A DNA stretch of 64,000 bases from Promethearchaeia archaeon (GTDB lineage: Archaea > Asgardarchaeota > Lokiarchaeia > Sigyniarchaeales > SOKP01). A program made the position numbers and the translations under genes. The stretch is taken from assembly GCA_046483985.1 (NCBI GenBank), contig JAWOCD010000084.1, positions 1-64,000 of the forward strand, read 5' to 3'. Positions 27,545 through 38,269 of this stretch are shown piece by piece. The notes below the pieces were generated by a model. The model was not told where the DNA came from and did not search any database. It worked only from the letters and a program-made list of their open reading frames with translations. The number at the start of each line of letters is the position of its first letter. Positions within the stretch are counted from its first letter, which is position 1.

Positions 27545-27905
27545 TTATTCCTTAGTATTTACCATTATAATAAAGTAGATGATTAACTTAATAGTTAATA
27601 AAATAAATGGTTTTCTATTGAAATCCCTTTAAATAAGATTATATAATAATGATTTGACAATTTTTTGGTTAATAATTAACTTTATTAATTTATTTTAAAC
27701 TTATTTTATTTACTGAAAAGAATGTGTATAGTGCCATTTATTAACAATTTGACATGTGTTAATAATTAATTATATATATAGAAAAATACTATATTCAAGC
27801 ATGGTTTCGACTGGAGAAGAGGTTTTAAAATGGTGCTTAAATTGTCAAAGTATAGAAATAGAAAAATCAAATATAAGGTTGGTTTCAACTGGAATGGTGT
27901 TGTAA
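27545..27905. other. Candidate replication origin: AT-rich tract plus two ORB-like boxes
   Basis: Minus-strand CTCCAGTCGAAAC (27804-27816) and TTCCAGTTGAAAC (27882-27894) resemble ORB TTCCAGTGGAAAC; directly upstream of cdc6, near PolD genes. Confidence 0.65.
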
Positions 27906-29210
27906 TTGTTGAAATTCGATGAAAAATTTGACATAGATAAATTCTACAAGAAATATCTTAAAGGTCCCAAGATTTTTAAAAACAGGGATGCATTAGATCC
28001 CTCATATATTCCTAAGGAATTACCTCATCGTGATAATGAGATACAAGCAATTGCTGAAAAGACTGCTTGTGCCTTGAAAGTTTCTTCCCCTCCAAGTTTT
28101 CTTTGTCACGGGAGGACTGGTACAGGCAAAACAGCAACCGTAAGATATGTAAGCCAAAAATTAGAGGAACATTGTGCATCATCTGGGAAAAATAAACCGT
28201 GGTGGGTATATATTAATTGTAATATCGTCTCAACTCCGTATCGCATATTAGCCCATATTTTTAATACCATTGTAAAGGAGGAGCAAATACCCCCTACGGG
28301 TTTACCAAAGGATGTCATATTTAAAAAACTGCTTGGGCTACTTGATGAGAAGATAAAAATTTGTTTTTTAGTATTGGATGAGATCGATATCTTATTAGAA
28401 AAAAACGGCGGAAATGAGATCCTTTATGACTTAACCAGAATTAACGAGAATTTGGAATCCTGTCGTTGTAGTATCATCGGAATTTCCAATGCGCTTAATC
28501 TAAAGGATTCCTTAGATCCGCGCGTAAAATCAAGTTTAGGGAACGAGGAGCCCGTAGTCTTTAATCCTTATAATGCCAATCAGTTAAGTAATATTTTAAA
28601 AAAGAGAGCAAAGGTCGCGTTTCAAGAAGGCGTTATTAAGCAAGGCGTTATTAAATTGTGCGCTGGTTTAGCGGCTCAGGAGAATGGAGACGCACGAAAG
28701 GCACTTCAGCTTCTAAGAAAGGCTGGCGAGTTGGCAGAACGGGCTCAAAATAAGAGAATTACAGAAAAGCATATTACGGATGCCCAAACGAATTTAGAAG
28801 AGGGACATATTATTGAATATATCAAAGGGCTTCCCCTACAAGCACAGATCATTCTCACGGCAATATATCTTATAATAAAGAATGAACCCAAAATTATGGT
28901 GAAGTCTGGCGATGTATACGAAGTTCACTCTGAACTCTGTAATCAAATTCCAAATGTAACTGGATTAACTAAGCGACAAAAAAGCAACTACATTACAGAA
29001 TTAGATACTGCGGGTATAATCAGTACAAAACTGCATTCTCTTGGCTATTACGGACGAACCAAAATAATAAAAATAGATATTGATTTAGAACTCCTGGAGC
29101 GGGTATTAAAACAAATCGATAAGGTGAAAGATATCTTAGAATATAAACCCGTCTTACTTCAATCAGATAAGGTAAAAATAAAGAACAATATCTTTAGGAA
29201 ATTAATGTAA
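27906..29210 (+). CDS. cdc6: Orc1/Cdc6 replication initiator
   Basis: LPHRD, GRTGTGKT, VLDEID, LDPRVKSSL, GDARKA, C-terminal wHTH GRT. Confidence 0.96.
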   Translation: MLKFDEKFDIDKFYKKYLKGPKIFKNRDALDPSYIPKELPHRDNEIQAIAEKTACALKVSSPPSFLCHGRTGTGKTATVRYVSQKLEEHCASSGKNKPWWVYINCNIVSTPYRILAHIFNTIVKEEQIPPTGLPKDVIFKKLLGLLDEKIKICFLVLDEIDILLEKNGGNEILYDLTRINENLESCRCSIIGISNALNLKDSLDPRVKSSLGNEEPVVFNPYNANQLSNILKKRAKVAFQEGVIKQGVIKLCAGLAAQENGDARKALQLLRKAGELAERAQNKRITEKHITDAQTNLEEGHIIEYIKGLPLQAQIILTAIYLIIKNEPKIMVKSGDVYEVHSELCNQIPNVTGLTKRQKSNYITELDTAGIISTKLHSLGYYGRTKIIKIDIDLELLERVLKQIDKVKDILEYKPVLLQSDKVKIKNNIFRKLM

Positions 29211-29232
29211 CTTTTTTCTTTTTCTTTTTACT

Positions 29233-29907
29233 TTACGATTCAAATGACCATTGATCAACGGTTTGAGAAAGATTTTGCAATAGCTGCATTGAGAATTTTT
29301 CGTCCTTGTCTTTTAAGATAAGAAAGAACTTTGCCAAATGCTTGCAAAATTTTTTATTCTGTTTTCGGCGTGCTTTATAATCGTGACAATCGTGTTTAAC
29401 CAATTGGGTATTTTGATCAATCTCAATCTCATAGGGGTCATCCTTTGAACCTTGAACCTCTGCTTTAATAATCCCTTGAGTTTTGTCAAACTTTTTGAAA
29501 GTAAATGACTCTCGTGAAACGGAAACAGCCCGATTAATGGTTCCTTTATCGGCAAAAGCCTTATAGAGCACACTAAATTCTGGCTCCTCAGCTAAGGAGG
29601 AGTCTGTTCCAGGTGAAATCACTTGGGAATCCGCAATGTTTTTCTTGATAGTTTCCTCTCGATTTTGTTGCCATCTCTCTAATTGCTCTTGCAAACTATG
29701 ACTTAACGCAACTTTATTTCCGTCTACCTTCCGTAATAAATTCTTTTTAAGGGCAAGGTTAATAAATGCCTTCGCTTTTTTGGGTGGAAGAACAAATAAA
29801 TTAAAGGAAACTTGATATAATAAATCATCAAGAGATATAGCTGGTTGTTCAATGATTTTCCAAATATAGAGTAAGATTTCGGAGGCTTTCTTTGGGACTC
29901 TAAACAT
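29233..29907 (-). CDS. DUF2240-like N-terminus plus SWIM-type zinc finger
   Basis: VQGSKDDPYEI..HDCHDY..FCKH. Confidence 0.65.
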   Translation of the reverse strand: MFRVPKKASEILLYIWKIIEQPAISLDDLLYQVSFNLFVLPPKKAKAFINLALKKNLLRKVDGNKVALSHSLQEQLERWQQNREETIKKNIADSQVISPGTDSSLAEEPEFSVLYKAFADKGTINRAVSVSRESFTFKKFDKTQGIIKAEVQGSKDDPYEIEIDQNTQLVKHDCHDYKARRKQNKKFCKHLAKFFLILKDKDEKFSMQLLQNLSQTVDQWSFES

Positions 29908-29937
29908 AATAATCTCTGATTAAATATATGAACTATT

Positions 29938-31842
29938 TTATATATGTTTTTTAAAATCTAATTCATAGCCCTTAAGGGAATCTAGGTCAAAGACGGGGAC
30001 AATCCCTGGCGTCGGTTCGATGCCGAAGCTTTTCATAAAATCTGTCTGTGCTTGAAAGCAGCCAGAGTTTACGAGCTGTACGTTTCGGTAAGAGCCCCTC
30101 CCATATATATGGATGTGGCCAGTTGTAAACACATCTGGTATCTCCTCAATAACGAGCCAATCTCGCTCAATTGGGGCAATTTGGGTCTTAAAACCATAAA
30201 TAGGGGCTAAGTGGCGAGACTTTAATAATTCTACCATTGTTTTCACTGGAGTTTTATTTTTTAACCCAGAGATCATTTGGTTGATATCAATCATACTATC
30301 TCCGTGATATACTAATGTCTTAACCCCATGAGTTTTAACAAGAGCAGGATTGCCAACCAAATTAATATTCAAATCTAAGAGCGATTCTGCGTATTTTTCA
30401 GGAACAGCGGCTCGTGGAATGGCATTTCGAACGGGCGCATGGTTGCCAGAGCTATAAATAATCTTAATGTAATCGGGAACGTCGGAAAGCAATTCTGTGG
30501 CTTTTTCATATTGGGCATATATATCGCTAATGACCAAATCTTCTTTTTGATTCGGATAGACCCCAATCCCGTCAACTAAATCCCCGTTTATAACTAAATA
30601 TTTAATCCTTCCCGCAATTTTTCGCATATTCTGATTTCCTACCCTCCCGTTTAAAAAATCAATAAATCTGTTCCATATTTTCTCCTCAAACTCATATGAA
30701 CCAATATGCAAATCGGAAACATAGGCAATAGATAACGGTTCCGGCGCAAGATTTGGTTGATAATCGGTAGGGATTTCGATTGCCGTTAGTTCTTCAGCAA
30801 AGATTATCCCTTTTCTTTTATCTCCCGGTTTATACGTTCCCTTTACGTAAATCATTTGATCATTGAGCAATTTGTTCGCCTTATCAATTAACAACTCGTT
30901 TTCGGAATCATTTCTGATTAACACATTCATGCTGCCTGTTTTATCCTCAATTGTAAGAAAATAATGCCCGTTTTTGGTTCTCCGATGAGATTGAATCAAA
31001 CCGTATACGGAAACTTCCACAGACCCGCTCAGACGATAAATATTCTTAATTTTATTTGCTGATATAACATCTGGGCGTTTTCTGATAAGTTTCTCTAATC
31101 TTTCGAACTTGTCGGTATAGAGATCATAGAAATCTTGATATTCTCCCGATGTATACAGTTGCCCCGTGGGATCCTTAAGGATTTCCAATTGGGAATCATA
31201 TTCTTTTGCTAAAGGGTTAAATCCTCCACCAGTACTCCCATTTTCCCTGACCGGTTTTTGAACTGATTGTTCCTTGTCAGACCTTTCTGTGGATTTATTT
31301 TCTCTCTGAGGTCTCTCAAGCGTCTGTATGGTACTTGCAGTAACACTTTGTTCTTCATTACGGGTCCCCACAGGATCTTGAACTACTGAATTTATCTGGT
31401 CAGCCACAGAAGATGTTTCAGTACTTTCCATCGAGCCAAATGATTCCGAAAAAGACTCCCCATCGCTTACATCTAAATCATCAATGTGAAAATCCTGTTG
31501 CTCAATATCCGCTTCTGTATCGGGAGGTTCGGGGGGTTCCATACTCAATTCCGAACTTTCTTTCTGTATCTTTTCTTTAGATATTTGGTTGTCAGGAGGA
31601 GTATCTTGGATAGTTTTTCTTCTCAGAATGCTTTGGATTTCCTTATCTTGAAGTTTTTCCAAAATCTGGGGGGTGAGCAGACTCTCAAAATTAGGAAGAA
31701 AACTGACGTCTTTTATGATAGCCGATAACTTCTCCAGAGGATTTTCTAAATTCAGAATGACATCTAACGTTTTTGGAGTAACATTTATTCCAGATTGAAG
31801 GAATTTATGAATGACCTTTTTTTGAATATTTGATGATTGCAT
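29938..31842 (-). CDS. polB: DNA polymerase D small (exonuclease) subunit DP1
   Basis: OB fold, SDLHIGS, GDLVDGIGVYP, GNH, YHG, RHLAP, GHIH. Confidence 0.95.
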   Translation of the reverse strand: MQSSNIQKKVIHKFLQSGINVTPKTLDVILNLENPLEKLSAIIKDVSFLPNFESLLTPQILEKLQDKEIQSILRRKTIQDTPPDNQISKEKIQKESSELSMEPPEPPDTEADIEQQDFHIDDLDVSDGESFSESFGSMESTETSSVADQINSVVQDPVGTRNEEQSVTASTIQTLERPQRENKSTERSDKEQSVQKPVRENGSTGGGFNPLAKEYDSQLEILKDPTGQLYTSGEYQDFYDLYTDKFERLEKLIRKRPDVISANKIKNIYRLSGSVEVSVYGLIQSHRRTKNGHYFLTIEDKTGSMNVLIRNDSENELLIDKANKLLNDQMIYVKGTYKPGDKRKGIIFAEELTAIEIPTDYQPNLAPEPLSIAYVSDLHIGSYEFEEKIWNRFIDFLNGRVGNQNMRKIAGRIKYLVINGDLVDGIGVYPNQKEDLVISDIYAQYEKATELLSDVPDYIKIIYSSGNHAPVRNAIPRAAVPEKYAESLLDLNINLVGNPALVKTHGVKTLVYHGDSMIDINQMISGLKNKTPVKTMVELLKSRHLAPIYGFKTQIAPIERDWLVIEEIPDVFTTGHIHIYGRGSYRNVQLVNSGCFQAQTDFMKSFGIEPTPGIVPVFDLDSLKGYELDFKKHI

Positions 31843-32108
31843 CAGGAACGCTCTTTTAGATTATTTTTATGCTTCGTAATTAGAATATCCTTTAATTTTT
31901 CACTATGAGAAGAAATTATATTTTTTCTTATAAATAAAGGGAGATATCTAAATTACTGGTAATAATTAAAAATTAAAACTGTCTGATACCTTAAAAAAAA
32001 TTCTAATTAACTGTTAATAAGTGAGTTTAATTGGTTTTTAGGAAATAATTATAATACTGAAGAAAAAAACGAATGAAAATTGAGATTATTTCTGTTTTGT
32101 GATTAATT

Positions 32109-35100
32109 ATGGTTGAAATGAGCAAGGAAATGAAAGACTATTTCAATAAGATTCAGCAAGAAGTTGATAAGTGTTATGAACTTGCGGGAATTGCAAGAGG
32201 AAAGGGATATGACCCAGATCTTGAGGTAGAATCTCCCCAAGCAAAAGATTTAGCGGGTCGTGTGGAAAAATTAGTGGGACCCGAAGGAGTTGCAAAAGTA
32301 ATCCGTGAACTGAAATCTCAAGGGAAATCAGATGATGAGATAGTTTTTCAGGTGGTTTCAGATATTCTCGACAAGAAAATCGGAGATATTGGTGAGAGAG
32401 ATATGCGTGTTGAACGAGCTATCAGAGTTGGGCTCGCAATTAAAACTATGGGTGTGGTAAGTGCCCCATTAGAAGGGATTTCCAAGATTCAAATAAAGGA
32501 AGATAATCAGAATAATCGATACCTTTCTCTCTTTTTTGCGGGACCCATTCGAGCTGCTGGTGGGACAACTGCGGCATTATGCGTATTGATTGCGGATTTT
32601 GTCCGAAGAAAGTCCAACATCCCCAAATATAAGGCGACAAACGGGGAGATTGGACGGTATCTTGAAGAAGTAAAAATGTATGATCGAAAAGTACATTTAC
32701 AATATCCCTCATCTCGGGATGAATTAAGATTCGCAGTAAAACATCTCCCCGTAGAAATCAATGGAGATTCTACAGAACAAGAAGAAGTGACAGCATTCAG
32801 AAATCTTCCAAGAATCGAAACAAATAATATTCGGGGAGGGGCATGTCTAGTGTTAAACGATGGAATCCTCTTAAAGGCGCCTAAACTTCTAAAAATTGCA
32901 AGAAAAATGAATTTGGAGGGGTGGGAATGGTTAGGCGAGCTGAAAAAGATCGCCCTTAGGCAGAAAAAAGAGAAAAAAGAAGAAAAGAAAGAGGAATCGG
33001 AAGAAAAAAAAGATCACAAGACAAAAATTTTACCGAACGATAAATATGTCGCAGATATTATTGCGGGACGACCCGTCTTCGGTCATCCCTCTAGGATGGG
33101 AGGACATCGTATTCGTTATGGACGTTCTCGTAATACTGGCTTAGCTGCTGGGGGTTTTCATCCAGCAACTATGGCCATTTTAGACGATTTTATTGCGATT
33201 GGAACGCAGCTTAGAATCGAAAGACCCGGGAAAAGCACCAGTATCTGTCCCGTTGACAGTATTGAACCTCCAATCGTAAAATTAAAAAATGGAAATGTTA
33301 TTAAGGTTAAATCCAGAAAAAAAGCGAAGAGAGTCTTTAAAGATATCAAGAAGGTTTTGTTCTTGGGGGATATACTATTTGGTTATGGCGAATTTGCAGA
33401 GAATAACCATAAATTAGTCCCTTCGGGATATGTAGAGGAATGGTGGGGGGTTGAATTGGAAAACGCAGTAAAAGCCTCTAAAGAAACTCCAGATACCTTT
33501 ACTAAATACATTAAAGACCCCTTCAATAAGATCCCTCAAGCAGCAGAAGCAATCAAGATCAGTAGACAATTTGATATTCCTCTCCACCCCGCTTACACCG
33601 ATTTTTGGGGTAATATAAGTGTTGAAGAAGCACATGAATTAAGAACAGCGCTTTTAAACAATTATAAAGAAACTCAAGATGTATATTTACCAAACCAAAA
33701 ACCTTTGAAAAGAATTTTAGAAAAGGCATTTATTTTACATCGGGTAAAAGACGGGAAATTAATTTTTAGCAGAGCTATGCAGAGTATTTATCGAGAGATC
33801 TTCCATTTAGAAGATTCTTCAAACCTATCTTGTGAAGGACTAGAAGATGTTTTTTCTTATTTCTATAAACTTAGTTCTTTGCGAGTTCGAAATAAAGCTC
33901 CCTATTTCATGGGGACTCGTATGGGGCGTCCTGAAAAATCACAGAGAAAAAGTATGAAAGGAATTCATACATTATTCCCATTAAGCCATAAGGTAGGAAG
34001 CACCCGCCTTGTGGAAAAAGCGTTGGAATTTGAAAAGATCAAAATCGATGTTTGCCGGAAAAAATGTAAAGAATGCGGAACGGTAAATATTTTCAATAAA
34101 TGTCCTAATTGCGGAGAGCATACAAAGGTGCAACAAATATGCGAGAACTGCGGTAATTTAGAAAAAGTAAAACAAGAAAAGTGTTCCGGATGTGGCTCCA
34201 GTTATTTATCAACGTCCAAGGAAGCGGTCTTTAATATAAAAAATTATATCCTCCCACGCCTTAAAGAATTTAAAATGTCCCTTCCCGACAAGATGAAGGG
34301 AATTTATGGGCTAACTAACCGATTTAAAGTGCCAGAACCCATTGAGAAAGGGCTCTTACGGGCAAAAAATGGTGTGCTCGTCTATAAAACTGCTGAATTG
34401 CGATACGATGCAACCGATATTCCGCTCACCCATTTTAAACCAAAGGAAATAAAAGTCTCTGTCAGCAAATTGCAAGATCTGGGATATGCCCAAGACCATC
34501 TGGGGAATTCCCTTAAACATGAAGATCAGATTGTCGAACTCAAGGCACAAGATGTGATTCTCTCCTATGATTGTGCGAAATATTTTGTAAAAGAAGCCAA
34601 TTTCTTAGATGATGAATTAGAGCAATTTTACAAAATGGATCCTTATTATCATGTGTCAAAACCTAGTGATTTAATAGGGCATTTATGCGTTGGACTGGCT
34701 CCACACACCAGCGCAGGAGTAATTGGACGAATCATCGGATTCTCGCCCGCACGTTCTATCTATGCCCATCCCTACTGGCATGCGGCGAAGCGGAGAAACT
34801 GTTTTCCAGGAGAGACTAAAATATTAATTGATTTAGGTAATCAAGTTAAAAAGATCACTATAAAACAGCTTTATGAGGATTATTTTGAAGGAGAATATTT
34901 CGATAAAATGGGATATGTGAAACAAAAACAAAATTGTGATATTCAAGTCTATTCTTTTGATAAAGAGTCTGCGAAAATACGTAAAACAAAGATTAAAAGC
35001 GCATTAAAACTCCCTCATTCAAAAAAATTAATTAAATTTAAATTAATCACTGGACGCAGCTTTAAAACCACACCAGACCATCCAGTAATTGTGTATTCTA

Positions 35101-36974
35101 ATGGAGAAATTGTAGAAAAGAAGGCAATTGAAGTCACAAAAGAAGATAAATTTCTCCTTCCCTCTCTTAAATTTCCAATTAAGAATAAAGAAAAATTCGA
35201 CCTCCTATATGAGTTCAATAAGGAGAAATTTCAGACAATTTGGGATGATCTAATGATTAGGGGTATAAGGGAATTTGTTAAACAAATAGTATCCAAATGG
35301 GGACTTGAACAAACCGCTAAAACATTAGAAATTAACAAGAAAACACTAAATAATTACTATGGAGTGAGAGATTCTGTTCCATTCAGTATTTTGCGAAGGC
35401 TATTAAGTCTCCATAATCTCAAAATTTCCGACATCCCAAATTGTACTCTTGGATTTAAGCGAGATCACACCACAATTAAACGATTTATTCCTGTTAATGA
35501 ATCTGTGATGAAGATTTGTGGTTATTATATTGCAGAAGGATCCTATCGGAAAGAAAAGGATACTTATCAAGTTGATCTGACGATCAGTGAGAAAGACCTT
35601 CGAAAAGATATGCTAAATTCAATTTTCAATTCATTTGGAGATGGATTTCAACCGTATTTTAATAAAAATAGAATAACTATCTCTAATCGAGTACTTTATT
35701 ATTTTTTTAAGGAAATTTTGAAATTTGAGAATAAAGCACGGGTTAAAAGCATCCCTGCATTTTTCTTTAAATTACCTAAGCATAAAATTAAATATCTTTT
35801 ATCTGCATATTTTAGCGTTGATATCGGGCTTGATACTTCCCATAAAATAGTTGTTTGTAGTTCATCTAGTACAAAATTAATTCAAGATATCGATTTAATG
35901 CTCTTAAGGTTTGGGATTTTTGGGGCTATCTCTCACTATTCTGAAAGAAGACCTCCAGAATATAAATTTAGAATCAGAGGGAGAAATGTATTTAAATTTC
36001 ATGAAGAAATAGGATTCACATCCCCCCGAAAGACCAAAATCTTGGAAGATATTGTTAAAACTAAAAAAACCAATCCAGAACGAACCTACAAGACCCATAG
36101 ATTATTAAGAATCAGAAACATTCAACAAGTTCCGTTTCAAGAAGAGTTTGTATATTCATTACACGCTGAAAAGTACCATACAATACTTGTAAATGAGAAT
36201 ATCATTACTCATCAATGTGATGGTGATGAGGACGGTATCATGCTTCTCCTCGATCCTTTACTAAATTTCTCTCGGTATTATTTACCAAATAAGATTGGAG
36301 GACGAATGGATGCAACATTAGTTATTGGCACGTTTCTAGACCCCAAAGAGGTAGATACTGAGGCTCATAACGTAGATACGCTATTTCAATATCCCTTAGA
36401 GTTTTATGAAGCCACCCAGCGATACGCAACTCCAGACGAGGTAGAAGAAATGATGGGGTTGGTCGGCAGTCGGTTGGGACAACCAAATCAATATGAAGGA
36501 ATCGGGTATAATATTCCCACCTCTGACATCAATGAAGGACCCACAGTGACTGCATATAAAAAGTATCAAAGTATGGACGAAAAGCTGGATGCCCAATTGC
36601 ACCTTGCGAAAATCATTAAAGCCGTAGATCCAAAAAGCGTGGGCTCGAAGATATTGAGCTCTCATTTCAACCCCGACATCTTAGGCAACTTACGGAAATT
36701 CGGTCAGCAAGAATTCCGATGCGTGAAATGCAATACAAAATTCCGACGGCCGCCGTTGGCTAATAATGGGCGATGTCCCAAATGTGGGGGGAATATCATC
36801 CTCACCGTCAATGCAGGGGGAATTGAAAAATATATTCCTCGCGCCCTTAAAATTTGTAAGGAATTTAAACTTGATAATTACACGGTACAAAAGATGGAAC
36901 TAATAAATGAATACGTGCAGAGTTTGACCGATAATCCCCGAATTAAGCAGCAAAAGTTATCGGATTTTCTTTAA
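32109..36974 (+). CDS. polC: DNA polymerase D large subunit DP2, intein-containing
   Basis: AGPIRAAGGT, RYGRSRNTG, AAKRRN|..|CDGDED, zinc fingers, C-terminal PIP-like QQKLSDFL. Confidence 0.97.
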   Translation: MVEMSKEMKDYFNKIQQEVDKCYELAGIARGKGYDPDLEVESPQAKDLAGRVEKLVGPEGVAKVIRELKSQGKSDDEIVFQVVSDILDKKIGDIGERDMRVERAIRVGLAIKTMGVVSAPLEGISKIQIKEDNQNNRYLSLFFAGPIRAAGGTTAALCVLIADFVRRKSNIPKYKATNGEIGRYLEEVKMYDRKVHLQYPSSRDELRFAVKHLPVEINGDSTEQEEVTAFRNLPRIETNNIRGGACLVLNDGILLKAPKLLKIARKMNLEGWEWLGELKKIALRQKKEKKEEKKEESEEKKDHKTKILPNDKYVADIIAGRPVFGHPSRMGGHRIRYGRSRNTGLAAGGFHPATMAILDDFIAIGTQLRIERPGKSTSICPVDSIEPPIVKLKNGNVIKVKSRKKAKRVFKDIKKVLFLGDILFGYGEFAENNHKLVPSGYVEEWWGVELENAVKASKETPDTFTKYIKDPFNKIPQAAEAIKISRQFDIPLHPAYTDFWGNISVEEAHELRTALLNNYKETQDVYLPNQKPLKRILEKAFILHRVKDGKLIFSRAMQSIYREIFHLEDSSNLSCEGLEDVFSYFYKLSSLRVRNKAPYFMGTRMGRPEKSQRKSMKGIHTLFPLSHKVGSTRLVEKALEFEKIKIDVCRKKCKECGTVNIFNKCPNCGEHTKVQQICENCGNLEKVKQEKCSGCGSSYLSTSKEAVFNIKNYILPRLKEFKMSLPDKMKGIYGLTNRFKVPEPIEKGLLRAKNGVLVYKTAELRYDATDIPLTHFKPKEIKVSVSKLQDLGYAQDHLGNSLKHEDQIVELKAQDVILSYDCAKYFVKEANFLDDELEQFYKMDPYYHVSKPSDLIGHLCVGLAPHTSAGVIGRIIGFSPARSIYAHPYWHAAKRRNCFPGETKILIDLGNQVKKITIKQLYEDYFEGEYFDKMGYVKQKQNCDIQVYSFDKESAKIRKTKIKSALKLPHSKKLIKFKLITGRSFKTTPDHPVIVYSNGEIVEKKAIEVTKEDKFLLPSLKFPIKNKEKFDLLYEFNKEKFQTIWDDLMIRGIREFVKQIVSKWGLEQTAKTLEINKKTLNNYYGVRDSVPFSILRRLLSLHNLKISDIPNCTLGFKRDHTTIKRFIPVNESVMKICGYYIAEGSYRKEKDTYQVDLTISEKDLRKDMLNSIFNSFGDGFQPYFNKNRITISNRVLYYFFKEILKFENKARVKSIPAFFFKLPKHKIKYLLSAYFSVDIGLDTSHKIVVCSSSSTKLIQDIDLMLLRFGIFGAISHYSERRPPEYKFRIRGRNVFKFHEEIGFTSPRKTKILEDIVKTKKTNPERTYKTHRLLRIRNIQQVPFQEEFVYSLHAEKYHTILVNENIITHQCDGDEDGIMLLLDPLLNFSRYYLPNKIGGRMDATLVIGTFLDPKEVDTEAHNVDTLFQYPLEFYEATQRYATPDEVEEMMGLVGSRLGQPNQYEGIGYNIPTSDINEGPTVTAYKKYQSMDEKLDAQLHLAKIIKAVDPKSVGSKILSSHFNPDILGNLRKFGQQEFRCVKCNTKFRRPPLANNGRCPKCGGNIILTVNAGGIEKYIPRALKICKEFKLDNYTVQKMELINEYVQSLTDNPRIKQQKLSDFL
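34800..36215 (+). mobile_element. Intein (472 aa) with LAGLIDADG-type domain and C-terminal Gln
   Basis: Starts CFPGET, block B TTPDHP, GYYIAEGS, ends IITHQ before Cys+1. Confidence 0.93.
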
Positions 36975-37074
36975 AGTTTCTGTTCTTACTAACACCCTTC
37001 CTAACATTACTGGCAAAAGCTACTTTATTGCTTAAGTAATGAATGCAGAATTATTCTAAAAGGAGTTTAATTGA

Positions 37075-37189
37075 TGCAGGAGGTGGGATTTGAACCCACG
37101 TACTCCTATGAGACTAGAGCCTCGGTCTAGCACCGGTTATCGTGTAGGCGAGATGCTCAGTCACATTGACCAGGCTTGGCGACTCCTGC
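37075..37189 (-). tRNA. tRNA-Leu(GAG) with 30-nt D-loop intron (37136-37165)
   Basis: Acceptor GCAGGAG/CTCCTGC, anticodon arm CTAGA-CCGAGGC-TCTAG, long variable arm, GTTCAAATC. Confidence 0.85.
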
Positions 37190-37352
37190 AATGAATAATA
37201 TCAACATTTGTCCATAAAAAATAGTAATACGAAATGTTGATCTTTGTTTTACCAAATTAAATAATAAAACCATTAAAAAATTAAAAATTTTTTTGTTAGA
37301 ATGTTCATTAGATTAATTATTAGATCCTAATTTAACAAAAGGGGAAATAAAA

Positions 37353-38261
37353 GTGGCAAGTAAAAATTTTCGGGACATTTTATCGGAAGAATTGAACTAC
37401 TATATTGTTCGCGTGTTAAGAAATAGCCCCATATCGGAAAAAGCGGTAACAAAATACTTGAAAACCTCCCTAAAGGAAGATCTCAAAACAATTAAAAATC
37501 ATCTAGAACAATTGGAAGAACATCAAGTCATTTGTTCCTTTTCCCACGAGGAAAACATATATTATTTATTACTAAAGGATTTTTATCTGCTTCGGCGACC
37601 TCCAGAAGATTTAATTGATTATATTAACCGAAAACATAAAATTCCCGAGGATGTTCGGAAAAAATACAGTGTAATCTTAAAACAATATTTCGGAAGTTAC
37701 GTCAGTTCCCTCAAAAAGTTGAAGAAGGATATGGAAGAAGGGCTTATTGAAGTCTTTATTAATGATTATTTGCAAGAGGTAATAGAGAAATTGAAAGAAA
37801 AGCCTTACACCTACAAAAAAGCCAAGAAAAAACTCTCCAATTGGGATTTAGTCGAACGAATATTGAAAAAGCAAAATTTAATCGAGATTTTGCCAAGCTC
37901 CCAGTCGCAAGAACGATGGGTCCTTTTGAAAACAGATATAGTGTTTCAGCTCTTTTTTCCGAATTATCTCATTAAAAACATTAAGGAGAGATTAAGTGAG
38001 GGGAAAATTGAGAAGGAATTATCATTAAAGTCGCTTTATAAACTTAAAAAAGAATATTTAAAACAAGAAAAACCGGAACAATATGATCATTTAAAACGGC
38101 AAGCGGAAAACAAGGAAAAAGTAATAAAACGACTTTTAGAAAAAGGAAAGAGCCCCATCGATAAAGCAAAAAAACTCGTTAAAATCTATAAGTCATTAGG
38201 CGAGTTTGAAAAACGCGAAAAGTTAAAAATCATGATTGCAAACGAGCAGAATAAAAATTAG
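37353..38261 (+). CDS. Hypothetical protein with two winged-helix-like repeats
   Basis: Related ends YYLLLKDF and WVLLKTDI, each after helix-L-x-x-x-x-V/L-I. Confidence 0.65.
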   Translation: MASKNFRDILSEELNYYIVRVLRNSPISEKAVTKYLKTSLKEDLKTIKNHLEQLEEHQVICSFSHEENIYYLLLKDFYLLRRPPEDLIDYINRKHKIPEDVRKKYSVILKQYFGSYVSSLKKLKKDMEEGLIEVFINDYLQEVIEKLKEKPYTYKKAKKKLSNWDLVERILKKQNLIEILPSSQSQERWVLLKTDIVFQLFFPNYLIKNIKERLSEGKIEKELSLKSLYKLKKEYLKQEKPEQYDHLKRQAENKEKVIKRLLEKGKSPIDKAKKLVKIYKSLGEFEKREKLKIMIANEQNKN

Positions 38262-38269
38262 AAGATCTA

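Noticed and set aside
37116-37127. Reading the tRNA as Ser(CGA)
   Set aside because: The 5-bp stem and 7-nt loop centre on GAG, and the A discriminator and D-loop fit Leu
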